From positions 1-29,875 of IMG/VR virus record IMGVR_UViG_3300005805_000325: a stretch of DNA of 29,875 nt; one strand, 5' to 3'. The stretch is from a virus. Taxonomy: Duplodnaviria; Caudoviricetes. Position 1 is the first letter of the stretch; each line of letters starts with the position of its first letter. A program made the position numbers and the translations under genes. The notes beneath the pieces were generated by a model. It made no database searches. It saw only the letters and a program-made list of their open reading frames with translations, and was not told the DNA's origin. Of this stretch, positions 1 to 6,094 are shown one piece after another.

Positions 1-2
1 CG

Positions 3-155
3 ACTGCTTCCTCCGCTGACGTAGCGGCACAGCAGCAGTCTGCCCTTCAGAACAACGCCGGTCGCTTCGGGTTCAAGGCTTCCCTGCTCAAAGATGGGCA
101 GAAAGCCGAGTCCTCCAACAGCGCCACGGGTAGCGGTTCCCTGCTTGGTTCCTAA
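3..155 (+). CDS. 3' end of a small virion-associated protein preceding the portal (partial)
   Basis: Frame 3 is open from the window edge to TAA at 153-155 (…NNAGRFGFKASLLKDG…GSGSLLGS*). An SLLG-type ending just before the portal is typical of this podovirus module. Confidence 0.6.
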   Translation, partial: TASSADVAAQQQSALQNNAGRFGFKASLLKDGQKAESSNSATGSGSLLGS

Positions 156-161
156 TCACGC

Positions 162-1919
162 ATGGCAAAGACATCCGATGTTGTTGCCGAGTTGACTGTT
201 CCCAAAAAGGAGAACAGCAAGAGCGAGCTTGCTGCCGGGATCGTCTCCCGTTGGAGCAAGCTGGAGGCAGATCGCAACTATTGGATGTCCCAATGGCAGC
301 AGATTGCGGAGCTAGTGATGCCCCGCAAGAGCTACATCCTCTCGACGACTGTCACCCCCAACAGCGAACGAGAGGCCCGTCTGTACGATTCAACAGGCGT
401 CCGCGCCAACCAAGTCCTTGCCGCTGGTTGCATGAGCTACATCACGCCGGCGGATAGTCGCTGGTGTTCCTTTGATGCTCCCTCCGAGATTGAGAACGGG
501 GACGGAGTGCAGGAATACTTCGCAGAAGTGACGGAAATCGTCATGGAAACCTTGGCTCGGAGCAATTTCCACCAGGCAATCCATGAATTGTATTTGGATA
601 GGGGATGCTTCGGCACGGCAGTCCTCTTTGTGGAACCCGGTGAAAAGCTGCCTATCACCTTCACCAACGTCGATGTAGGCACCTTCTGCATCAGCGAGAA
701 CTACGAGGGCTATGTGGACACCATGTTCCGCCGGCTTGAGATGACCACCCGCCAGATTGTCCAGCAGTTCGGCATTGAGAACGTCAGCGATGCCGTCAGG
801 AAGTGCTACAACGATGCCAACGGCCGGGGCATGGATGAGAAGTGGCACATCATCCACGGAGTCTATCCCCGTGAGGAAGGCAAGCGTGACAAGAAGAAAT
901 ATGACGGGCCGAACAAGCCTATCGCCAGTTGCTACGTCGAGGAGAAGAGCAAGCACGTTCTCCGCGAGAGTGGCTACGACGAGTTGCCTTTCATGGCTAC
1001 GAGGTATCTGAAATGGCAGAAATCGGCCTACGGATGGTCTCCCTCATGGGTGGCGATGCCTGACCTTCGTCAGTTGAATTTCCTCCAGAAACAGATGGAT
1101 GCCCTAGCCGAGCTTGCCGCCTTCCCACGCATCCTTGCTCCTGACTCTCTGGAGTCCTCCATTGACCTCCGAGCCGGTGGAGTGACCTACTTTAATGCCG
1201 CAGATCCCAATGCCCGTCCTATCGAATGGGCTACGCAGGGACGCTATGACATCGGCCTGGAGCGTGTCGCGCAGAAGCAGAACGACATCAAGGAAGCCTT
1301 CAGCGTTCCCCTCTTCCAGATGTTTAGCGCCGAGGAATCAGCGGCACCCAATCGCATGACAGCAACGGAGGTCAATGCCCGGAATGCCGAGCGTCTGGCC
1401 CAGTTCTCGCCCACCTTCTCCCGTCTCACGACCGAACTGCTTACCCCCCTCCTTCAGCGGGTCTACGGCATCTTGGCAAGGAACGGTGCATTCCCCCCAC
1501 CCCCGGAGGCTCTTATCCAACAAGGGCCAACGGGGGAACTCTTTATTCCCGAACCGAAGGTCAACTTCAACTCACGCATTGCCCTTGCCGTCAAAAATCT
1601 GGAGCAAGGCGCGACCGATTCCACCGTTCAGAGGGCAGCGGCACTTGCCTCTGTGACCCAAGACCCAAGCATCTTCGACAACTTCGACACCGACAAGATG
1701 GTGCGCGAGTCCGCCCTAGCCTCTGGCATGGATAGCGAATACCTCCGTCCGCAGGAACAAGTCGCCCAGATGCGCCAGCAGAGGGCGCAGGCCCAGCAGC
1801 AGATGCAGGAGATGCAGGCCCAGCAACACGCCGCCGAAGTCGCCGCCAAGGTGGGAGGTATCCGAGGTGACTCCGCCCTCGTCCAAGGCGTCCAGTCCCA
1901 AATGGCTTCCATGATGTAA
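162..1919 (+). CDS. Portal (head-to-tail connector) protein, T7 gp8/BPP-1-type
   Basis: 585 aa. Motifs LYDSTG…LAAG, SNFHQAIHELYLD…FGTA, YGWSP, MTATEV…RNAE and RLTTELLTPLLQRVYGIL; Gln-rich C-terminal helix. Confidence 0.93.
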   Translation: MAKTSDVVAELTVPKKENSKSELAAGIVSRWSKLEADRNYWMSQWQQIAELVMPRKSYILSTTVTPNSEREARLYDSTGVRANQVLAAGCMSYITPADSRWCSFDAPSEIENGDGVQEYFAEVTEIVMETLARSNFHQAIHELYLDRGCFGTAVLFVEPGEKLPITFTNVDVGTFCISENYEGYVDTMFRRLEMTTRQIVQQFGIENVSDAVRKCYNDANGRGMDEKWHIIHGVYPREEGKRDKKKYDGPNKPIASCYVEEKSKHVLRESGYDELPFMATRYLKWQKSAYGWSPSWVAMPDLRQLNFLQKQMDALAELAAFPRILAPDSLESSIDLRAGGVTYFNAADPNARPIEWATQGRYDIGLERVAQKQNDIKEAFSVPLFQMFSAEESAAPNRMTATEVNARNAERLAQFSPTFSRLTTELLTPLLQRVYGILARNGAFPPPPEALIQQGPTGELFIPEPKVNFNSRIALAVKNLEQGATDSTVQRAAALASVTQDPSIFDNFDTDKMVRESALASGMDSEYLRPQEQVAQMRQQRAQAQQQMQEMQAQQHAAEVAAKVGGIRGDSALVQGVQSQMASMM

Positions 1920-1941
1920 CGACCCTTCAACCATTCCGATC

Positions 1942-2217
1942 ATGCCGACACTTACTGACAGAGACCTAGAAATCCAACGCATTGCCGCAGCCTACTCATA
2001 CTTTGAGACCGATGCCGGCAAACTGGTCATTGCAGACCTTGAGAAAGCCTTTGGCATCAATGTGCCGGCCTTCCTTCCCCAAGACGGCAGGGCATACGAC
2101 CCCATTCACGCAGCTATCCGCGACGGTCAGAGGAGCGTTCTCCTCCATATGAAGGCCGTCGCAACCAAACACAACAATGGCGAGACCACGAAAAAACCCG
2201 ACCCCAAGCGAGAATGA
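1942..2217 (+). CDS. Small conserved head-module protein (Bbp19-like)
   Basis: 91 aa between portal and scaffold; F.TDAGKLVIADL…DPIHAAIRDGQRSVLLHM pattern. Confidence 0.7.
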   Translation: MPTLTDRDLEIQRIAAAYSYFETDAGKLVIADLEKAFGINVPAFLPQDGRAYDPIHAAIRDGQRSVLLHMKAVATKHNNGETTKKPDPKRE

Positions 2218-2368
2218 AATCCCTGAACCAGAGCAATCCCCCCTACTGGGAGACCTGACACCCGATTACGTCCTCTGGTTCAAGCAGACGCACTCCCGCG
2301 AGGAGTTCATCGAACGATATTCCGAACGCATCCCGACCGACTACCCAACAACCCATCAAATCGACTAA
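2177..2368 (+). CDS. Hypothetical protein
   Basis: 63 aa starting MARPRKNPT; fills the gap, and its TAA abuts the next ATG. Confidence 0.6.
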   Translation: MARPRKNPTPSENEIPEPEQSPLLGDLTPDYVLWFKQTHSREEFIERYSERIPTDYPTTHQID

Positions 2369-3277
2369 ATGATAACATCTGACGCCATTGCCGCAGACCC
2401 CGTGGACGGAAACGCCCTCTTGAGTCAGCAGGCTAACACCCCACCCCCTAGCACCCCCTCACCCATTGGGGACAACCTCCTCTCGACCCCGGCACCAGAG
2501 GCACCCGCCTCCAATTCGCCTTGGGTCAACGACAAGGGAGAGTTTTCCGAGGGGTGGCTTGACCGGCTCCCGAAGGAACTTGCCGAACACAAGCAGATCC
2601 TTGGTCAGTTCAAGGACATCGACGGGGCGCTCAAGACCCTCGTGAGCCAGCAGAAGATGCTCGGCAAGAAGGCTGATGCCCTTATCATACCTGACGATAA
2701 GGCTACTCCCGAAGAGAAGGCCGCATTCCTCAAGAAGCTCGGAGTGCCAGATTCGCCCGAAGCGTACCAACTCCGCCCCAAGGATCTCCCTGCCGGCTAC
2801 GAGTGGGATGATAACATCGCCAAAGAGTTCAACACCCTCGCTCACCAGAACGGGATCACCCCGCGCCAGATGGATGCCCTCATGTCGCGCTATGCGGCAT
2901 TTGAAGCGCAGAAGGCCGAAGCCGCCGCCTCCCAGCAGAAAGCCGAGATGGAAGCCGGTCGCAAGGCTCTCGCTGAAGCGTGGGGCGACAAGTACGATGT
3001 GGAATTGAGCGTTGCCCGTCGAGCCGCCCAAGTCGCCGGCGTCGATGTCAACAGCAAGGGGTTCTCTGATCCCTCTGTGGTGCTGGCCTTCAACCGCCTC
3101 GCCAGAATGATGTCTGATGACAAGATCGTGAACTCGGACACAGCGGGCACGATGATGGCAGGCAAGGCCCGTGCGATGGACATCATGACCAACCCACAGA
3201 ACTCCCTCTACACCCGCTACAAGTCGGGAGACAAGGAAACCGCAACCCTGGTCGCAGACCTTCTGAAAAATGGATAA
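2369..3277 (+). CDS. Capsid scaffolding/assembly protein
   Basis: 302 aa; Pro-rich N-terminus, KLGVPDSPEAY, HQNGITPRQ and ALAEAWGDKYD motifs; lies between portal and capsid. Confidence 0.8.
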   Translation: MITSDAIAADPVDGNALLSQQANTPPPSTPSPIGDNLLSTPAPEAPASNSPWVNDKGEFSEGWLDRLPKELAEHKQILGQFKDIDGALKTLVSQQKMLGKKADALIIPDDKATPEEKAAFLKKLGVPDSPEAYQLRPKDLPAGYEWDDNIAKEFNTLAHQNGITPRQMDALMSRYAAFEAQKAEAAASQQKAEMEAGRKALAEAWGDKYDVELSVARRAAQVAGVDVNSKGFSDPSVVLAFNRLARMMSDDKIVNSDTAGTMMAGKARAMDIMTNPQNSLYTRYKSGDKETATLVADLLKNG

Positions 3278-3581
3278 CCAATACGACAACGAGAGAAAGG
3301 GCGTCCTCTTCCTCAAGGGAAGCGAGAACCCGAAAGCCCCCAAGTGGTCGGGCAAGATGACCCTCAAAGGCATCGAGTACCAGATCGCCGCATGGGAGAA
3401 GATGTCCAAGTCGGGAAAGGAGATGCTCACTATCAGCATCACCGACAAGCCGGCAGGAGGCAGCTATGCCAACTCCCCAAGGCGTGATGACTACCCTCCC
3501 TCGCCTGCTCTGGTCGCTCACAACAAGGCCAAGGCCAACGGCTACCAGAAGCAACACGAAGAAGACGACATTCCGTTCTAA
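3270..3581 (+). CDS. Putative single-stranded DNA-binding protein (small OB-like fold, acidic DDIPF tail)
   Basis: 103 aa; ENPKAPKWSGKMTLKGIEYQIAAWEK core, flexible linker, C-terminal EEDDIPF identical to the bacterial SSB C-terminal tip. Confidence 0.7.
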   Translation: MDNQYDNERKGVLFLKGSENPKAPKWSGKMTLKGIEYQIAAWEKMSKSGKEMLTISITDKPAGGSYANSPRRDDYPPSPALVAHNKAKANGYQKQHEEDDIPF

Positions 3582-3607
3582 CCTTTAGCTTGGTTGGTTC
3601 ATGCACA

Positions 3608-3643
3608 AGCCCTCACCGGGAAACTGGTGGGGGTTTTGCTTTT
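3608..3643 (+). terminator. Intrinsic terminator after the SSB-like gene
   Basis: CCCTCACCGG-GAAA-CTGGTGGGGG stem-loop followed by TTTTGCTTTT; G-U pairs favour the + strand. Confidence 0.8.
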
Positions 3644-3653
3644 GCCCTAATAA

Positions 3654-3733
3654 TTTGACATATAAATCATGCTATACCCTAAAGGGTGTATTTTTTGACA
3701 TACAGGGCATTTTATTCCCTATCGGGTATATTT
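3654..3733. repeat. Two imperfect 40-bp tandem repeats, each TTTGACATA…TATWCCC-N4-GGGTRTA
   Basis: Unit 1 at 3654-3693, unit 2 at 3694-3733; 18-bp palindromes at 3673-3690 and 3713-3730. Confidence 0.8.
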
Positions 3734-3923
3734 TGGCATTATTACTGGTATGTACTAGGTAATGTCAGCTATAGCTTCCGTTACCGGCCTTTATGTCCGC
3801 TAAAGGAAACCTTACTTGTTAAAGAAACGCATCGGTATCTTTAACAGCTAACAAAGTTATTAAAGATTGGCAGTCGCCTTGAGTGTTTAGATCCGTGCCT
3901 TGAGATTCACCCATGAGGGGAAT
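3734..3923. promoter_or_regulatory. Cluster of further operator-like palindromes and short repeats
   Basis: ATTAC…GTAAT (3741-3763); AGCTATAGCT (3767-3776); ATGTCMGCTAWAG twice (3762, 3793); TGTTAAAGA-N12-TCTTTAACA (3817-3846); GCCTTGAG twice (3876, 3897). Confidence 0.5.
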
Positions 3924-3994
3924 TTGGTTGCGGTGGCTAAACCATGATAAGATCCCTAAACTTGCTATAACCATTTCCGTGACGCCACGAAAAA

Positions 3995-4063
3995 GGTCGG
4001 AGGGGGATTTGAACCCCCATACCCTCCATTGGGAGGGATCTTGCCCCCTTTAGATCATCCGAC
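3995..4063 (-). ncRNA. tRNA-like cloverleaf with a 4-nt loop in place of the anticodon loop
   Basis: Minus strand reads GTCGGA-TG-ATCT(AAAGGGGGCA)AGAT-CCCTCC(CAAT)GGAGGG-TAT-GGGGG(TTCAAAT)CCCCC-TCCGAC-C. Canonical T-arm, 6-bp acceptor, no encoded CCA. Confidence 0.75.
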
Positions 4064-4069
4064 AAAAAA

Positions 4070-4150
4070 GGTCGGAGGAGGATCAGGTCGCTACTACTCC
4101 CGATATGGCCGAAAAGCCAACCAGTTTCGCCCCTCATTGCCTCCCCCGAT
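4070..4150 (-). ncRNA. Structured ~80-nt RNA of unknown class
   Basis: 10-bp closing stem TCGGGGGAGG/CCTCCTCCGA and an inner CTGGT-TGGC…GCCA-T-ATCGG hairpin. Same 3' end (CCTCCGACCTTTTT) as the tRNA-like element. Confidence 0.55.
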
Positions 4151-4158
4151 TTTTGTAT

Positions 4159-4205
4159 TGGCAGACGCCCTTATCAGGGGCGCAGGGGTCACGCACCTAC
4201 TGCCA
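4159..4205 (-). ncRNA. 47-nt three-way-junction RNA containing a tRNA-Ile(GAU)-type anticodon arm
   Basis: TGGCAG/CTGCCA closing stem, TAGG/CCTG hairpin, then CGCCC-CTGATAA-GGGCG (4166-4182). Confidence 0.55.
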
Positions 4206-4228
4206 GTCTTTCGTGAATCTGAAATTGG

Positions 4229-4274
4229 GCGTGGGGTGAAGGGATGACCTTCTCGCGCCGGCGCTTCCCCACGC
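4229..4274 (-). ncRNA. 46-nt three-way-junction RNA
   Basis: GCGTGGGG/CCCCACGC 8-bp closing stem with GCG(CCGG)CGC and GAAGG(TCATC)CCTTC hairpins. Confidence 0.5.
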
Positions 4275-4281
4275 AACGCCA

Positions 4282-4309
4282 ACTCTACAAATCATTTCAG
4301 AAAACGCAA
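4282..4309 (-). promoter_or_regulatory. Putative sigma70-type promoter for the antisense RNA cassette
   Basis: TTGCGT-N16-TAGAGT on the minus strand; the predicted start falls at about 4274-4275, the 5' end of the first structured element. Confidence 0.45.
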
Positions 4310-4329
4310 TCTTTTTGTGCGAATTATCG

Positions 4330-4358
4330 TTGACGTGTTAGGTGAGTGATGTTAGGTG
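4330..4358 (+). promoter_or_regulatory. Putative capsid (late) promoter
   Basis: TTGACG-N17-TAGGTG with a TGTTAGGTG direct repeat; the structured leader starts about 12 nt downstream. Confidence 0.4.
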
Positions 4359-4370
4359 GTTAAATTGTCA

Positions 4371-4478
4371 ACTTGAGGGACAACCTCTCTGGCGATTGCC
4401 AGTAGCAGATCCGAGTAGAGTGGACATCCCCGATGTTAAGTGATCTCGAAAGAGGCAACCATTTATTCGGATGCAAGT
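4371..4478 (+). ncRNA. Structured 5' leader of the major capsid gene
   Basis: ACTTG/CAAGT closing helix; 14-bp helix 4409-4423/4459-4472 with G-U pairs; hairpins CTGGC/GCCAG, ACATC/GATGT and CTC-GAAA-GAG. Confidence 0.6.
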
Positions 4479-4512
4479 AAAACCCTACTCAAACCCCTAA
4501 CTACTCACGAAT

Positions 4513-5433
4513 ATGCTACAGATTCCCGATCACTACGTTATCCAGTACGAGACCAACTGGCAGCACCTCCTTCAGCAGATGGAGAGCCGCCTCAAGGAGA
4601 AGACCAAGTTCGTCAGCGCCTCTGGTGCCGCCGTCCGCTTCAACCAGTATGGACTCACCTCCATGTCCCAGGTCACGACCCGCAATGCCACAACCCCTAC
4701 GGCAAACAGCGACCTGCCGACCCGTTGGGCCTACCCCGTCCCCTACGACATCGCCAATCGCTTCAGCGAGTTCGACAACCTTTTCCTCGGAAGCGTTGTC
4801 CTGCCCACCTCGGAGTGTATGCAGTCGCAGGCCGCAGCCTACGGTCGTCTGGTGGACAAGATCCTCATTGATGCGCTCACCGCATCCGCGACGATCACCA
4901 ACACAGCCAACACCTCCGCTGGTTTTGGTCTGAACAACACCACAACCACCGTTGCCCTCCCCGCAGGACAGTCGGTCGCTGTGAACTACGTCCCTGCCGG
5001 CGGAACCGCTACCAACAGCGGTCTCACCATCGGCAAGCTCCGCGAGGCCAAGCGCATCCTTGATGCGAACGAAGCCCCCGCAGAGGATCGCGTTCTCATC
5101 GTGTCGGCCAAAGAAATCAGCGATCTTCTCGGCACGACCGAAGTGACCAGCAATCTGTTCAACAGCGTCCGCGCCCTTGTGGACGGCGATGTGGATCAGT
5201 TCCTTGGTTTCAAGGTTGTTCGCTCCGAGCAGTTGAACATCGCCTCAAACGTCCGCACATGTGTGGCATACCACAAGAATGCGGCAGTCGTCGTGGATGG
5301 CGGCAAGAAGTCCTACATGGACGTTCTGCCCACCCAGAGCCATGCCCTCCAGATCCGCAGCACAGCGGTTCTCGGTGCGACCCGTCTCCTTGAGAACGGC
5401 GTTGTGAGCATCCTGGCCGACACCACCAAGTAA
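4513..5433 (+). CDS. Major capsid protein (BPP-1/HTVC010P-like)
   Basis: 306 aa; HYVIQYETNWQHLLQQMESRL start, AAAYGRLVDKILIDAL, GLTIGKLREAKRILD, VRALVDGDVDQFLGFK and GATRL motifs; strong codon bias; followed by a terminator. Confidence 0.92.
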   Translation: MLQIPDHYVIQYETNWQHLLQQMESRLKEKTKFVSASGAAVRFNQYGLTSMSQVTTRNATTPTANSDLPTRWAYPVPYDIANRFSEFDNLFLGSVVLPTSECMQSQAAAYGRLVDKILIDALTASATITNTANTSAGFGLNNTTTTVALPAGQSVAVNYVPAGGTATNSGLTIGKLREAKRILDANEAPAEDRVLIVSAKEISDLLGTTEVTSNLFNSVRALVDGDVDQFLGFKVVRSEQLNIASNVRTCVAYHKNAAVVVDGGKKSYMDVLPTQSHALQIRSTAVLGATRLLENGVVSILADTTK

Positions 5434-5446
5434 GTAATCACAAGTC

Positions 5447-5487
5447 GGGGGTGGGGCGTCCAGCGAGGCGTCCCACCCCTTTCTTTT
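5447..5487 (+). terminator. Intrinsic terminator after the capsid gene
   Basis: GGGGTGGGGCGTC-CAGCGA-GGCGTCCCACCCC followed by TTTCTTTT. Confidence 0.85.
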
Positions 5488-5503
5488 ACAACTCGAAAAA
5501 CCT

Positions 5504-6094
5504 ATGGATTCCACGACCATCTGCAACCTTGCCCTCTCGAAAATTGGCGATCAGATGATTATGTCGTTGGATGATCCGAGCATTGAAGCTCGGTTCTGCA
5601 AGCTGCACTACGCACCTACGCTTGCCTCACTTTTGCGGATGCATGATTGGAATTGGGCCGTTGGCATGACCCAGCTTGCCCAGCTTTTGACGCCTCCCCC
5701 CTTTGATTGGGATTACTCCTACCAGCTTCCCTCTGATTTCGCTCGTATCCTGACGCTCAACGCCTTCCAAGCCAATGAGCCTTACTGCAACTTCGACATC
5801 ATCGGTGACAAGCTGATGACCGATGAAAGCACGGCCTACATCACCTACGTCAAGAGTGCCGTTGACCCAAATCTCTTTGACCCCATGTTCGTGGAGCTTC
5901 TGGCGCTCGCTATAGCCGCCAAGCTCGCCAAGCCCCTTGGAGGGAGCATGGACATCAAGCAGCGCCTTGAACAGGACTTCAAGCAGATGCTTGGGGAATC
6001 CCGGAGGATCGACGCACAGGACTCCTATCCCCGCCGCAAACCGATGTGGCTTAACTCCGACCTCGTTCAGTCACGCTATAACGGAATCTACTGA
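5504..6094 (+). CDS. Tail tubular protein A / adaptor (T7 gp11, P22 gp4 type)
   Basis: ICNLALSKIG…I.SLDD…EARFC…LLRMHDWNWA, YQLPSD and FDPMFVELLALAIAAKLA motifs. Confidence 0.88.
   Translation: MDSTTICNLALSKIGDQMIMSLDDPSIEARFCKLHYAPTLASLLRMHDWNWAVGMTQLAQLLTPPPFDWDYSYQLPSDFARILTLNAFQANEPYCNFDIIGDKLMTDESTAYITYVKSAVDPNLFDPMFVELLALAIAAKLAKPLGGSMDIKQRLEQDFKQMLGESRRIDAQDSYPRRKPMWLNSDLVQSRYNGIY

Noticed and set aside
2459-3448. 329-aa minus-strand ORF and the many other antisense or nested ORFs in the track
   Set aside because: They shadow well-supported + strand genes in GC-rich, codon-biased DNA and have no recognisable motifs.
3819-3974. 51-codon minus-strand ORF (MVIASLGILSWF…) downstream of the tRNA mimic
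   Set aside because: No motif or codon support and it runs through palindromes; not excluded, but unsupported.
3995-4063. Calling this a functional tRNA-Leu(CAA) or similar
   Set aside because: No 7-nt loop with U33 can be formed, and the acceptor stem has 6 bp.
3654-4078. Possible CRISPR or mini-array from the 40-bp and 14-bp repeats
   Set aside because: Only two copies each, with no repeat-spacer periodicity; the Cas4-like nuclease is in a recombination context.
3900-4280. Self-cleaving ribozyme (hammerhead, HDV/theta, twister) or c-di-GMP riboswitch
   Set aside because: I could not assemble the required cores or pseudoknots by eye; only fragments such as GAAAC and GGTCACGCAC match.
3937-4282. 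Track ORFs 3937-4137, 4029-4247 and 4094-4282
   Set aside because: Atypical composition; the region is better explained by RNA structures.
4440-4871. 143-aa ORF overlapping the capsid start
   Set aside because: Out-of-frame shadow of the capsid gene that begins inside the structured leader.
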